In this document: positions 1-11,667 of the stretch, piece after piece
Layout: each line of letters begins with the position of its first letter
Numbering within the stretch: position 1 is the stretch's first letter
Source of the DNA: a virus
Length of the DNA stretch: 64,000 nt
Virus record (IMG/VR): IMGVR_UViG_3300050821_005035
Coordinates: 11,134-75,133 of that record
Strand: one strand, 5' to 3'
Program-made: the position numbers and the translations under genes
The notes under the pieces: generated by a model
Seen by the model: the letters and a program-made list of their open reading frames with translations, nothing else
Databases searched by the model: none
What the model was told of the DNA's origin: nothing

Positions 1-174
1 CAGTACCTTGGCCGCCTTGTTGGTGATGTTCACCAGGTCAAGCTGACCGACCTGGGGGAGGATGCGGCGGTCTAGCAGGGACCGGTAAACGGCGATAGTG
101 TTCCTCTTGACCGGGTCACACTGCCGGGTCGCGATCTCGTTCATGAAGCATTCAGCTTGGGTTTGGAATGTCAT
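1..174 (-). CDS. tyrosine integrase, N-terminal part (runs off window)
   Basis: Manual translation MTFQTQAECFMNEIATRQCDPVKRNTIAVYRSLLDRRILPQVGQLDLVNITNKAAKVL fits the SAM-like core-binding domain pattern (TF...K..T...Y...L...ILP..G...L..IT); GGAG RBS and its own promoter. The catalytic domain is not in the window. Confidence 0.7.
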   Translation of the reverse strand, partial: MTFQTQAECFMNEIATRQCDPVKRNTIAVYRSLLDRRILPQVGQLDLVNITNKAAKVL

Positions 175-189
175 ATAATCTCCAAGGCA

Positions 190-218
190 ACTGTCTCACA
201 CTTTCGAATACTTGTCAA
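190..218 (-). promoter_or_regulatory. sigma70-type promoter of the integrase
   Basis: TTGACA-17bp-GACAGT with TGTGA just before the -10. Confidence 0.6.
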
Positions 219-221
219 GGG

Positions 222-250
222 AAAAATGAGGCGGCAGCTTCGCCGCCCCC
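222..250 (-). terminator. intrinsic terminator
   Basis: GGCGGC/GCCGCC stem followed by a T run on the minus strand, right after the stop of 254..442. Confidence 0.6.
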
Positions 251-253
251 TGA

Positions 254-442
254 CTATTTGCCTGGGATAGCGAGGCAGTAAGGGATGTTCCACGGAATCG
301 GAAGCAGCAGACAAGGCAGCACGTTCGGGTTCGAAGGCTGCTCTCCCTCCACCGTCGGTGGGGGCGCTGTCCCGTTTGCGAGCATCGGTTTGGTTGAGAA
401 CAGAAACATAACTGCCAGAACTACCGCGAGCGACTTTTTCAT
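254..442 (-). CDS. small secreted peptide
   Basis: Signal-peptide-like N-terminus MKKSLAVVLAVMFLF; GGAGG RBS. Confidence 0.5.
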   Translation of the reverse strand: MKKSLAVVLAVMFLFSTKPMLANGTAPPPTVEGEQPSNPNVLPCLLLPIPWNIPYCLAIPGK

Positions 443-790
443 AGTTCCTCCTAGATTTTACTTCTACTTGGCCTGACTAATATCGTGACGTGGTACCTCG
501 ACACCCGGACCATGTGGGTCCCGTAAATCGCGTCGATCAGCCGGGCGGTGTACATCCCGACGGTGAGAAATATGGCGACGGTAATCAGCGTGGCGGCTAA
601 GTAGATCAGTGCGCGGGTGTGTTTCATTGGTCCTCCTGAGGACAGAACTTGTGCTTGAAGCATCTGTCTTGACAGGCCCGGTCACCGCGCGCACACTGAT
701 TGTGGCACTGCGACTGGATGTAGACCACGGTGAACGCCCACACGAGTATGCAGGCGCCTATGAACAACGACAAGCCTAAGAAGTGCTTTT

Positions 791-1183
791 TCATATGCGG
801 GTTCCAAATAAGTAATCACCGAGCGGCAGCCAGACGTTCCAGTTTCCCTCTTTCAAATCCGCGTGGTGGGTCATGTGGTGACCCCTCAAGTGGAACCTAT
901 GAATCAAAAGATGGACAGCCTCCAGCATGACGAAGTAGTAGAACGTGAACACCGCCAACGGCAACCAGCCTAGGGGCGCGAAGAGCAGCGCGTTTCCGCC
1001 GATAAGCAGCGTGGCGAGCAGCGCGCCTCTCAGGTTGTGGACGAAGAGCACCGTGTGACTGGAGTCGTTGTGGTGACCGGAGTGCTGGTTCCACAGCCAG
1101 CCGTGGAGCATCCACCGGTGAATCGCGTACTCTAATAGGTTGGCGTAAACGAGGAGGCCGATGATCTCTAATACTGTTTTCAC
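791..1183 (-). CDS. fatty acid hydroxylase / sterol desaturase family protein
   Basis: His boxes EYAIHRWMLH, HSGHH, HLLIH, HHMTHH and C-terminal NWNVWLPLGDYLFGT; hydrophobic segments. Confidence 0.8.
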   Translation of the reverse strand: MKTVLEIIGLLVYANLLEYAIHRWMLHGWLWNQHSGHHNDSSHTVLFVHNLRGALLATLLIGGNALLFAPLGWLPLAVFTFYYFVMLEAVHLLIHRFHLRGHHMTHHADLKEGNWNVWLPLGDYLFGTRI

Positions 1184-1340
1184 TTGCCCCTCGCGTTCTG
1201 GTTTACAAATTCGACATCGCTTAAGTGCTTTTGCTTATCTGCCAAGTTCTGCCAGTGTCGGGCGGCTGCTTCGGCAAAATTCTGCGACACTACCGCGCGA
1301 AGGTTCATCTCCCGCCAGGTCAGGATTACTTTGTCCGGTC

Positions 1341-4202
1341 TCACTTTGCCTCCTGTTTCAACGCGTTCGTGGCCGGGAGCAGTGCCTCGTAGAGGTCACA
1401 CGCGGCGTCGTAACCCAGCCTGCCGGTCAGATACTCGTACCAGATCGCGACCTTGACGCGAAGCAGCGTCATTGACTCCATTGTTTTAATCACTGATTTC
1501 CCCCCTAACTTCCACCTCGACAACCTTGGCCGCGTAACGTGCTGCGTTCATAGCCTTCTTGCGGGCCGTCCATGCTGCGTGTGCTGCGGGGTTCTTCCTC
1601 TTCGTGTGTGACTTTGAATCGTTGCTCTTCGTCTTGGTGTTCATCTTATCTCCCTTGCCTCGAATAGTAATCTTCCATGATGATATCGTTCCACTCATAG
1701 ATAATCGCGTTCACCTTGTCTATGGCAATTTGTACGTTTCTTCTCAATTGTTTGGCCATGTTGCTTTCAAGATAATCTTCTAACAACTTTTCTTGCCGCT
1801 TGCACTTCTTGCTGGCTATATTTTGTCGTCTTTGGCAGTCTGCAAGTCTTTCCTGTTTTGTCATACGGCCTCCAGCCAGCTTATAAAAGATTTCCACTTC
1901 ACAGACTTCGTGTCGATGATTCTCATTGTTCCCTCTCGGTAGAAAGCGCGTCATGAATCTCCCGGCGAACTTCGTTGCGGCCCTTCGCCAAGGCGGCTTG
2001 CACCAGCCGGTAGGTGAAGTAGTCGAGGTTCCGGCGTTCCGGGGCGCAGTTGTCGATACTGACTATGACGTAGGTCAAAAATTTTCCTTCAGATACCTCT
2101 TCCGTCTTCGCTTCAAATAGCCTCATTCGCCCTCCACTTTATCCAGCCACTTTATAAATGTCTCCCACTTCGGAGAGTTCGTGTCGACGTAGTTCGTAAC
2201 GCCCGAGTTCGGCCACTCGATGTTTACCACTGGCCCAACTTTGACAACCGTTCCTATTTCGAATCCCTCACCCTCCAGCCGTACCCGGGCGCCGAGAGGT
2301 AATTTTGCTAGTTGTTCTGAAGTCATGGCATCTGCTCCGAGTAGTTGTCGATGATAAGTTCCCGGAACGCGCCCTGCGTGTCCAGGTTAATCATGCACGC
2401 GCGCCAAGCACGACCGTGGTCGACCTGCTGGCCCAGCGTCATGTCGTGCATCCAAGTTTTTACGTGGCACTGCTCGTGGAGCATCGTTTGGTCTGCGATA
2501 CGGGGCGCGGCGACGTATTTCGGATTGAAGTGGATAACGCAGCTGCCGTCCGGCTCGCACATCGTGCTAGCCATATTTCCCTGGTCCGGTTCCAGTAGGT
2601 CGATAACGACGTCCTGGGTCAGCTTGTTTTGGAAGTAGCCCTCGTTGTAGTCGGCGTAGATGTGCTTCAAGTAGTCGACGGTGGTGGTGCCGTCGGCGGG
2701 CGCGGGGATGCTGACCCAGTGTTGCTGGGAGCAGCCGCCGAGCCAAAACCATATAAACGCCAGCAAGATTGTGAGGAGAACCTTTTCTCTAAGACTCAGT
2801 TTCATCTTTTACCTCTTCCTCAAGTCGGATGATGTCTTGATGCTCGTACAGGCTATCAGAGTTTTGGTCGGTTGTCAAGGGAAATAATTCGACCTCGGGA
2901 AGTTTCGGCTGGGTGAGCAGTGGCGAGTCCGACGGCAGGACTACGAATTTAGGCTTCACCATAACCCACTCGTGGGTCTCCGAGTCCTCCCGGTAGATCA
3001 CGGCCTCCGCGACGTTGTAGCGGTTCGGGACGGTCTCGTCCGGCTTCAAGACGACGCGCGCATCCCGAACGCTGCCACCGGGCTGGTAGCCGACGATCAC
3101 TTGGTTGACCCGAAGAAAGAAGCAAGCCAAAGGATTGAGAATACGACTATGCAGAAACCAAGTGATACGATGCCATCTTTATCGTGGACCCACACGAAGT
3201 GAAGGAACGATATAAGTGCCTCGATTATTAGCAGAGTTAGAAGTCCGTTGAACCACTGCGCGCTTTTCATTGTCGGTCATCCTTGTGCGCCCAAAGAAAG
3301 TCCACGATCTCCTGGGTGCAGTTGACGTCGAAGATCGCGTTGTTCAAAGTGCCCCAAACGTACTTTCTCCAAGTGGGGCGGTACTCAATGAAGCCTAGTT
3401 GTCCCGCGTTGGAACCCTGCGCGGCGGCAACGTTCACAATTATCCACCGACACGTCTTATTGCCAGGATTGGCGACAGGTTCAAACCGTAGATGTGCCAT
3501 CTGTTCCCTCGTCTGGGAGCGTTGGTCCCTCGATGATATTTTTCAAAGACGTGTTCGCTGCGGCCAACTCCAAGTTCGCCGCGTCCAAGCTGCGGAGGAC
3601 GGCTGCGGTCGCCTGTTGGCTAGGATAAATTCCAGACTTCAAGTCGATGCGGAGTAGGCGAATCAGTTCCTCGTCCGGGATGACCTGCTTCGCTGTCTTC
3701 TCTTCTGTACGGCCTTGTGATTTTGACATGTTTCCTCCTGAATTTTAAACTTGAAACCAATCCTTGCAATCTCTGTTCTTCGGGTGCGGCGTGAAGTGCG
3801 TCTTGCACGCTCCCAGCGCGACCGCTTCCTGTTCGAACACATACGCGGTATAGCTTTGCTTGTCCCCGGTCTTTACCACGGTCATATCGTAAAAGCCGCC
3901 ACCGATAGACCTGACCGCGTCCACTTCGATGCCGCCTATCAGATATCGCACTGTTCGTTCTCATAATCGTGGTCGACGTCGTCGTAAAAACTGTCGTCCA
4001 TACTATATTGAGAGTCCGCGTTCGCCTTGACCAGTTCGAAATCTTTGACCGAGTAGTCGGCGGTGAAGCTGATATTAGACCGGAGCGCCTCCGCGTGCAA
4101 GTCGTTCAACTCATTGAACGCGTCCACGGGTGTGGTCAGTCCGGCCTCCACCGATGCGATGATTCCTAAAAAGTTTCTCTGCACTGTCGTCAACGATAGC
4201 AT
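1341..4202 (-). other. run of small, tightly coupled hypothetical phage ORFs
   Basis: Overlapping start/stop codons and RBSs, e.g. 1923..2126, 2123..2326, 3267..3500, 3481..3729, 3745..3951, 3939..4202. Confidence 0.6.
2323..2805 (-). CDS. SprT-like zinc metalloprotease, probable lipoprotein
   Basis: TMLHEQCH plus downstream DHGRAWR motif; N-terminal hydrophobic stretch ending in the lipobox-like LGGC. Confidence 0.7.
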   Translation of the reverse strand: MKLSLREKVLLTILLAFIWFWLGGCSQQHWVSIPAPADGTTTVDYLKHIYADYNEGYFQNKLTQDVVIDLLEPDQGNMASTMCEPDGSCVIHFNPKYVAAPRIADQTMLHEQCHVKTWMHDMTLGQQVDHGRAWRACMINLDTQGAFRELIIDNYSEQMP

Positions 4203-4226
4203 TAAGCCCTCCTGATGAACGATCTC

Positions 4227-4255
4227 ACCCTACCACAATAAAGCTGAACTGTCAA
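4227..4255 (-). promoter_or_regulatory. sigma70-type promoter
   Basis: TTGACA-17bp-TAGGGT with TGTGG extended -10, in an intergenic gap upstream of 3939..4202. Confidence 0.6.
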
Positions 4256-4341
4256 GAACAAAATTCCTGGGTCGCTGCCGACCAGCAAACGGAAGAGATT
4301 GGGGATGATACCGTGCTGAGGGCAAAAGAAAACTTCGTACA

Positions 4342-4680
4342 TTAGTATTTCTTTCCGTGCTTGTAAGGTCTGGACTCGTTGAACTCAATCTTCGCAATAA
4401 CAGCCCGAGCTACATCTAGATCGAAGTGATGCGCTGCGTCCATAATTCGAATGATGACGTCCGCGAACTCTTCCTCGACACCGCTGAACTCCGGTATGTG
4501 ATCGCTAGGAGGGTCGCCGTGTCGGTTAGCCTCCAACGCCTCGGATAACTCCGCGTGCATCAGCGCGATAACTTCGCCGAAGTTTTTCGGTTCCTCGTGG
4601 AAGCCGTGGGCCTTGGAGCACTCATAAGCCCTGCGTTCCTTGACCTGAAAAGATGCAACAAATGAATCTTGGAATGTCAT
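4342..4680 (-). CDS. MazG-like nucleotide pyrophosphohydrolase
   Basis: LMHAELSEALEA...EEEFADVIIRIMD...KIEFNESRPYKHGKKY. Confidence 0.85.
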   Translation of the reverse strand: MTFQDSFVASFQVKERRAYECSKAHGFHEEPKNFGEVIALMHAELSEALEANRHGDPPSDHIPEFSGVEEEFADVIIRIMDAAHHFDLDVARAVIAKIEFNESRPYKHGKKY

Positions 4681-7600
4681 TACATTATCCTCACTGCGAC
4701 CATAATCCCGGTCGCGCTTACCCAGTACAATACCCGTTTCCAGTCGCCTTGAAGGCCGTAGCCGATTGCCGCCAAGACGTCTAGCACTATTCCTGCGGAG
4801 ACAAAGAAATTGCCCCAGTTGATCGAGTACAGATTCATGGGCGCTCCCTTAGCCTTGCGGAGATTATAACGAACAAGTTCATCCCGTGAAGGACTATAGC
4901 CGTTGCGATGAAGAGCGCAAAGAAGGTGCTCATCGGGGGTACGAGTTCAGCTTCGCAAAAGGGTTTTCCAGTGTCTTGGTATTTTCCAAGACGGTGAGTA
5001 GAATCGCGCCGAGTCCGACGGTCAGTCCGGCTTGGGCCACGGGCGGCTTGCCGGAGTATTCTTTCCGAATGACCTTCTTCAAAACCTTCACGAGTTGGCC
5101 GTGAGACAATAAAGGCAACGTGCGACCGAACGCCTCCACACGATCTCGTTCCACTTTGGCTTCCGCTTGGGCCTTCAACTTCGCGGCCTGGAGGGCTGCG
5201 AACTCTTCCTGGGTCAGGGGTGTTGCTGGCTTCTGGGACTTCTTGTAAGGCTTTTTATCGCTCATGGTTTACTCCCTTTGATGGAATCATTTCACCGCCG
5301 TTACCGTCTACTAAATGCCCGTCTACAACCGAAACAAATTCAAAAACTCCGTGCGGGTCGTGGTCTCCTCCAAAAATGATCTCCACGATGTCGCGGGTCC
5401 AGTTCGTTGGACAAGTGTGCTCGTCGTAGAAATACTGCTGATGGCTCGCGTAGTCTTCCGCCGAATCTTCCTGACTGTGAGAATACTTCCAGGTGTTCAG
5501 CTTCAAGGTTATCTTTGGCTCTGTGATTGACTGCAGGGTCACGGTCACGGGGGTTTGTTTCCGTCCGTTGGATGTGACCTCGAAATCGCTGTAGGTAAGC
5601 CGTTCGATACTCGACTCGTTGTAACACTTGTCGCAGGACCACGTGGTCTTGAATCCGACATTGATTTGGTCGGCACGCCACTTGCCCTTGGTGCAGCTAG
5701 AGCATGGGATGTACAGTTGAATCTTGGCTTGAACTATCACGTAACCTCCCGTCTAAGATAAGTTCTTCAAACTTCCCGGCCCGGTTCTTCCACTTCCAAA
5801 CTTCCTCTGAATCGAAAAAGACCGCCTTGTGTTTGCACACGTAGCACTGATGGCAACGGGAGCACATCCATATGTACTCCCCCGCGTTGCCTTGCAGCTT
5901 GCAGTTGTGGGTCACGCCCACACCGCAAACGTGTCCGGCTCGAAGCACCTGATATTTTCCTGGTGCCTCTTATACTCGGCGTGAGGGATTCTCTTCGCCT
6001 TATGAAAGTGCTCCGTCCAAAAGATTCGTCCGGTGCGGAGCACACCTTCCAGATACTTAGGCGACTTCTCCCTGACCAGGGCCACGAACATCGGGTGGAT
6101 ATCGACGTTGATATTGTCGATGAAATCTTTGCCGTTGGTCTCGTTGTAATCTTGCATATAAACCGTCGCCAGTTCGTCCAGGTCGTGTCTCCAAGGAACT
6201 TCCTTGACCTTGTCCTCGGTCCAGTAGACGGCGTCCGGCTGTCCTTGATCGCGAATTTTGAGGTAGTTGTCCAGGTACTTTTGGGCCACCGTGTGAATTT
6301 CCGACATGCTCCTCTTTTCAGGTTCGTTAGAACCACCATCTGTAAAGAGAGTATCAGAGTTCCTCGGACTTGTCAAGTGTTATTTTTTCACACCAGATAC
6401 ACATCGCAAAAGGAACTAGTAGCTCGTAGAAATAGACAGGGCACGCGCAGATGATGCACTTCTCATCGGGTGGAGGGGGAGGGACGTACTTGTTAACCTG
6501 GGGCGGTTGGGGGGAGAGGTCTTCCTTGTCGATATAGCCTTTCTCGGGGATGACCAGAGCGTGCTTGATCTGTTGTACTACGTCACGCTTCTTCTTTACG
6601 GACTTGGTGTACTCTTTCGCTTCGGCCTTGATCTTCGAATTCTTGGCCTCCATCTCCGAGATGGACGCGTAGTTGGCCTTAGCCTCTGCGGTTATTGTTA
6701 AACCGCTCGGCGGACGGTTCTCTCTCAGCTTCTGTAGCGGCGCGGCCTTGGATGTCCACCAGACCCACGCGCCCGTGCTCATGTCGGGCTTGAATCCGGC
6801 AGCTTTGACGGCGCTTAAATCTCCGGAAAAATCTTGAGAGAATTCGGCCTCAAAACGATTATTCCAACGGAGGTTCATACCTGCTCGACGTAACGGGCGA
6901 ACCCCTTCATGGCTAACTGGTCTAGGGTGTAATGATTCAAGTGCCCGCAGTCGTACCAACCGCCCCCACAAACGGGGCACGGAATCTTGGCCAGCAATTC
7001 CAAGGGCGGCTTACCGATCACGCGGACGACCAGATTATCCGCCTGGTTGATTCTAAAGACCCGCCGTATCATCCGCCTAAGTTTGGGGATCATAATTCCA
7101 GCGCGTTTCTCGTCAGCTGCAGCTTGCGGCGCAGGTCGGCGTTCTCTTTCAAGAGGTCGTCCATAGCCTGGTCCAAAATTTGCCACTGCTCCAAGACTCG
7201 GACAGCGATAGTGGTATCGCCTCCAGACTTCTCCACATCCGAGGCCGCGTGCTCCAGTTCTGAGCCTAGCCAACCTTGGGCGAACATGATTGTTTTTATG
7301 TCGTGTCTCATTTTTACAGTCCCATCCTTTTGCGTCGTTCCGGGTCGTTGAAATCCTTCTTGTCCCGGTCGTCCATTTCCTTGAAGTAGTTCCTGTTCTT
7401 CATCAAGTAGTTCGCGTACAGCGCGTACCACATATCATAACAAAGCAAACAAACAGGATGATTGGCGGCGCCGTACACCTGCTTGCACGTGCATGCTGTA
7501 TCCTTGCAAATGAAGACCAGTTCTCTCACGGCCTTCTCGTCCCTAGACACAGTCGCGTCGCAGATTGTGCAGCGGGTCTTCAAGACCATACGGACCCGGT

Positions 7601-7706
7601 CGTACTCGTGACAGTTTAAAAACTGGGTCCTCCCGGTCTCCGGGTGCTTCAGCCCGGGAATCCAGGAGACGATTGTTGCCATCCACGCCTTACCCATTGT
7701 TATCAT
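4680..7706 (-). other. hypothetical ORFs, several with CxxC zinc-binding motifs
   Basis: 4680..4838 (small membrane protein, manual translation), 4930..5265, 5255..5740, 6354..6878, 7314..7706; promoter TTGACA-17-TACTCT at 6348..6376. Confidence 0.55.
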
Positions 7707-8179
7707 CAGCTGTTGATGCGCCTTACCCAGCCGCTGACGAAGACGCTCGTCTCTGGCTTGTTGTTGACCACGTTCATGCAGTGGTTTATTAAAATCGTGC
7801 GGTACGCGGGGAGCAGGTTCGCGTTCTGGTTCACGGCAGACAGCGTGCCGGGGCCGAACTCGCCGTCGGTGACCAGACTGACTTTGTTCACCAGCGTGAT
7901 CTGCAGCATCTTGACAGCGGTCTTGACTCCGAAGAGCACGCCCATATCGAAAAGTTTTTCAGCTATCGCCTGGTCGACGATCTGGGTGTAGAACTGGTTC
8001 CAGTAATGCGCAGCGTAATAAGCAATGGCGTGTTCCTGGGTAACGGTTTTCATATCGACTCCAGGCATGTCGGCTTGGGTGATGCCGTATTTCGTAGCCC
8101 CTCCTGGGTCGTTCGGGCTGTCAACGAATCCACCCTCGTGAATTAAGGTTTTCTGAACAGCCTGAGTAAAGTCTGCCAT
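7706..8179 (-). CDS. endolysin, glycoside hydrolase family 108
   Basis: HEGGFVDSPNDPGGATKYGIT catalytic motif, DG.FGPGTL and C-terminal F..GW..R; start re-assigned to MADFT behind a GAGGAG RBS. Confidence 0.9.
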   Translation of the reverse strand: MADFTQAVQKTLIHEGGFVDSPNDPGGATKYGITQADMPGVDMKTVTQEHAIAYYAAHYWNQFYTQIVDQAIAEKLFDMGVLFGVKTAVKMLQITLVNKVSLVTDGEFGPGTLSAVNQNANLLPAYRTILINHCMNVVNNKPETSVFVSGWVRRINS

Positions 8180-8940
8180 AGTGATCTCCTCTCGATTTTG
8201 AATTCGGAAGTCTGACGGCCCTTCCAGTTGGTGCCCATCCCGGCGTCTTCCGACTCCAAGTGGTAGCATACAATTTCTGGAACAAATCCGCGCCTGCCGC
8301 GAGGCCACTGCTTAGCGAACAGCATATCAGTGCGGCCCGCGTCGCTGTGCGCCTTCGGGTAACGGTAAACGCTGCTGACCCAAGGGTGCCACAGCTGGAA
8401 GAATCCTATCGGTATCCACCCGGTATCGTGCGCCATGACTCGGGTCGCGATATCGAACTCGCAGTTGTTCAAGTGGATGTAAGCCTCGTCCTCGTGTTGA
8501 AGCTTGGGGGAGTGGAGGAAGTTGCCCCACGCTCGGGCGCCCTTGACGTTGAAACGGTCGGAGCCGTAAATCATACCCTTATCGAGGCAGGCGCGCTCTA
8601 AAAGTCTTCGGGTTTGGGGAGGGAGCCAGATGTCTGCGTCCAAGTGTAGGACCCAGCCGTCCAGGTCGAGGTGAGAGAGGCCGAGGTCGATAGCGTCGCC
8701 CTTGAACATCCCGGGGTCGCTCAGCTGGGGGCATATCACGCACTGGACGTGGTAGAACTCGCACAGCTTCCGGGTCTTACGATCTTCCTTGCTGGTGACC
8801 ACCACCAGCTTATCGAACAGTTGTTTGTTGTTGGGGAGGGTGTAAGCGAGGAAGTCAGAATATTCCCGGCACACGATCACGCACTCTAGCTTGAAGTTCT
8901 TTTCTCTCTTCTCTTCTCCGCACTTTTCCATATGATACAT
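8143..8940 (-). CDS. GT-A fold glycosyltransferase (GT2-like)
   Basis: FKGDAIDLGL...WVLHLDADI (DxD motif); own promoter TTGACA-17-TACGGT at 8966..8994. Confidence 0.7.
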   Translation of the reverse strand: MYHMEKCGEEKREKNFKLECVIVCREYSDFLAYTLPNNKQLFDKLVVVTSKEDRKTRKLCEFYHVQCVICPQLSDPGMFKGDAIDLGLSHLDLDGWVLHLDADIWLPPQTRRLLERACLDKGMIYGSDRFNVKGARAWGNFLHSPKLQHEDEAYIHLNNCEFDIATRVMAHDTGWIPIGFFQLWHPWVSSVYRYPKAHSDAGRTDMLFAKQWPRGRRGFVPEIVCYHLESEDAGMGTNWKGRQTSEFKIERRSLWQTLLRLFRKP

Positions 8941-8990
8941 CCGGCCCCCTATTAGCGACTCCCTTACCGTATCACACTTTCGGAAATTTG

Positions 8991-9935
8991 TCAACCTATT
9001 TCTAGCTCCGCGTCGATCATCATCCGGACCAGTTCGTTGAATCGCACTTTTGGCTCCCAACCCAGTACCCGGCGAGCCTTGCTAGAGTCGCCGATCAGAA
9101 CGTCTACCTCGGTTGGGCGGTACAGCCTCTCGTCGGTCTCAACGTGCTTCCGCCAATCTAGGTTGAGATATCCGAATGCCTCGTCAAGAAACTCTTTTAC
9201 GGAGTGCGCTTCCCCTGTTGCGATCACGTAGTCGTCCGGGAACGGCTGCTGGAGCATCAGGTGCATAGCCTCCACGTAATCTCCTGCGAATCCCCAATCT
9301 CGCATGGCGTCTAGATTGCCGAGGAACAACTTATCTTGCAAGCCTCGGGAGATGCGAACTGCGGCTTTCGTTATCTTTCTCGTAACGAAAGTTTCGCCGC
9401 GCCGGGGTGACTCGTGGTTGAAGAGGATGCCGTTGCACGCGAAGGTACCGTAAGCCTCCCGATGATTTACTGCAGACCAGTACGCGAACAGCTTGGCGAT
9501 AGCGTACGGTGAGCGGGGGTGGAACGGGGTGCTCTCGTTAGTGGCCGTCGTATAGACCCCGCCATACAGTTCCGAACTGCTGGCTTGATAAAATTTTATG
9601 CCCTTTTCTTTAATGGCTTCCAGTATGTTAAGGGCCGCGATCCCTGTGGCCTCTGCGGTGACGACCGGGATGTCGAAGCTGGTGCGAACCTGGCTTTGCG
9701 CGGCCAGGTGATAAACCTCGTCCGGCCCGATCATGTCGATGGTGTTCGTGGTGGAACTGGCGTCGGTCACGTCGCCGTAATGCAAGTGCAGGTCTCTGAA
9801 TATGTGGTCAATCCGGCTGGTGTTGATCGAGGAGGAGCGGCGGATAATCCCGTGGACCTCGTAACCTTTGGACAACAAGAGTTCTGCGAGGTATGAGCCG
9901 TCCTGCCCGTTTATGCCCGTTATCAAAGCCTTCAT
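8991..9935 (-). CDS. gmd: GDP-mannose 4,6-dehydratase
   Basis: [66 protein letters not shown]. Confidence 0.97.
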   Translation of the reverse strand: MKALITGINGQDGSYLAELLLSKGYEVHGIIRRSSSINTSRIDHIFRDLHLHYGDVTDASSTTNTIDMIGPDEVYHLAAQSQVRTSFDIPVVTAEATGIAALNILEAIKEKGIKFYQASSSELYGGVYTTATNESTPFHPRSPYAIAKLFAYWSAVNHREAYGTFACNGILFNHESPRRGETFVTRKITKAAVRISRGLQDKLFLGNLDAMRDWGFAGDYVEAMHLMLQQPFPDDYVIATGEAHSVKEFLDEAFGYLNLDWRKHVETDERLYRPTEVDVLIGDSSKARRVLGWEPKVRFNELVRMMIDAELEIG

Positions 9936-10738
9936 GACGCCCCCTCCAAGTTCAGCTTCTCAATCAGCCATTTCGTCTTCAATGTGTGGTATTCAGGTGA
10001 GCGGTGGTTCCAGTTCGACGCGCGCAAGTAGTGAATCCCGATAGGCTTGTCGTTTATGGAAATATTCTCGTACTCGGACGGATGAAAGTCGGTCGTCGGG
10101 TCGTCTGGAACGAAGTACTGCTGGATAAGAGTCGGATTCAGTTCCGGGTGAGATTGCAAGTAGAAGAAGCTCTGCCCTCCGATGTCTGTGACTATCCCGT
10201 TCACGAAGCTGCCCCACCAGTTGATTTGCTCCGGGTTCGGAAGTCTCGACATGTCGGCCAGCACCAGCGCGTCGTGCATGTGAATCCCGCCCAGGTTGGG
10301 GCGAGACTGCGGTATAAAGCACAGCGGCGTCGTTACCAGGTAGTCAGTCAGCTTGATAGGCTGGGTGAAGAACATGTCCGGGTGGAGGAGGCAGATGGCG
10401 CCCTTCTCTTTCATAATGTGGAACTCCCACGTATAAAAGCACCCGTAACAACCAGCGCAGTTGGGATTGCTCCAAGAGCCTTGGCGGTTGAATACCGTGC
10501 ACGACTTCTCTACAGCGTTGCACTTGTCTTCCAAGGACTGGACCCGCTCGACGTCGAATACCGCGATTCCAAGCCTCCTGCATGTCTCGTCGATCTTGAT
10601 ACGTTCCGCTGGACGGTCAAACTTGGCGTTGTTTAAGATCGTAAACGTGAAGTCCTCTTGGATATACTTCCAGAAAGACTTCAGCTGCAGTTCGATTAGG
10701 TCCGACCGGTTGCTCGTGAACGCGAATATGTTAATCAT
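9932..10738 (-). CDS. putative GT-A glycosyltransferase
   Basis: Position in the glycan island; degenerate DxD region LLHPDMFF. Confidence 0.45.
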   Translation of the reverse strand: MINIFAFTSNRSDLIELQLKSFWKYIQEDFTFTILNNAKFDRPAERIKIDETCRRLGIAVFDVERVQSLEDKCNAVEKSCTVFNRQGSWSNPNCAGCYGCFYTWEFHIMKEKGAICLLHPDMFFTQPIKLTDYLVTTPLCFIPQSRPNLGGIHMHDALVLADMSRLPNPEQINWWGSFVNGIVTDIGGQSFFYLQSHPELNPTLIQQYFVPDDPTTDFHPSEYENISINDKPIGIHYLRASNWNHRSPEYHTLKTKWLIEKLNLEGAS

Positions 10739-11667
10739 CTGCTCTCCTGTGCTAGCTTGGCGCCGTCCAATAGGTTGTCGATTTTGTTTAAGTAGGTGTG
10801 GTTTTTGGCGACCTCATCCATCAGCGCGTGGAGAGTTTCCGGTGTGGTTCTAGATAGTTGTTCTCTCGCGTCATAAAACAGCGCGCGTGTATCCCAGTTA
10901 TAAATCAGCTTTCCACGGAAAATCTCGTTAGCCCAAGGGTTGTTGGTCGCGCACATCTGGCCGTAAGACAGCGCCTTGAAGACCCGACACGGCATGTACC
11001 CGACCTTGATTTGATACGCTAGGGAGATCGCTGGCGCGATATATGAGGCCTGCACCAGACGTACGTTCTCTTCCACAGATACGGGGGAGCCGCCGAATCC
11101 GCCGACCAGCTTAAAGTTGATTCCACTTTCTTTGCAGGCTGCAGCGAACGGAGCTAGCTCTGGTACCGAAGTGCCCACGTAGTTGACGTCCCGGCTCCAG
11201 TCTCGAAAGACCTTGCTCGGCTTGTTCGCCATAATCTCGTGAGGCAGGAGGTCTGTGGCCCAGCGGAAGACTACAGCGTCGTAAGAGTCCCAAGGCTGGG
11301 GGAAGAAGAACGCGTCCTTGCTCAGTTCCACCGCGTTCGAGGGTAGCTCCATGCTGTTCACGTAAAGGCCGTAGTTGATAGTTAAAAAGCCCTTCGTGTA
11401 CTCTTTAGCCCGGGCTTCCATGTTGTGGACCGCGTAAATGCAGTCTGTCCGTAGAGGCATCCCCTTTACAGCGTACTCCATGCTGATGAAGAAGGTGTTG
11501 GAGAAATCTATCTTAGAGATGTCGTCGTGCGCGTCCAGCCAAAGGACCTGGCGCTCCGGGAATCTGAACTTAAGCGCGCGGTAAAAGGCCTCCAGTATGT
11601 GACGGAAGGAGTTGTACGCTCCGCTTTTAAATCCCCAAACGCAGAAGTTGCAGTTCTCCAGCTTCAT
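10735..11667 (-). CDS. putative GT-B glycosyltransferase (CgeB-like C-terminus)
   Basis: NYVGT, PCRVFKALSYG and HTYLNKI motifs. Confidence 0.6.
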   Translation of the reverse strand: MKLENCNFCVWGFKSGAYNSFRHILEAFYRALKFRFPERQVLWLDAHDDISKIDFSNTFFISMEYAVKGMPLRTDCIYAVHNMEARAKEYTKGFLTINYGLYVNSMELPSNAVELSKDAFFFPQPWDSYDAVVFRWATDLLPHEIMANKPSKVFRDWSRDVNYVGTSVPELAPFAAACKESGINFKLVGGFGGSPVSVEENVRLVQASYIAPAISLAYQIKVGYMPCRVFKALSYGQMCATNNPWANEIFRGKLIYNWDTRALFYDAREQLSRTTPETLHALMDEVAKNHTYLNKIDNLLDGAKLAQESR

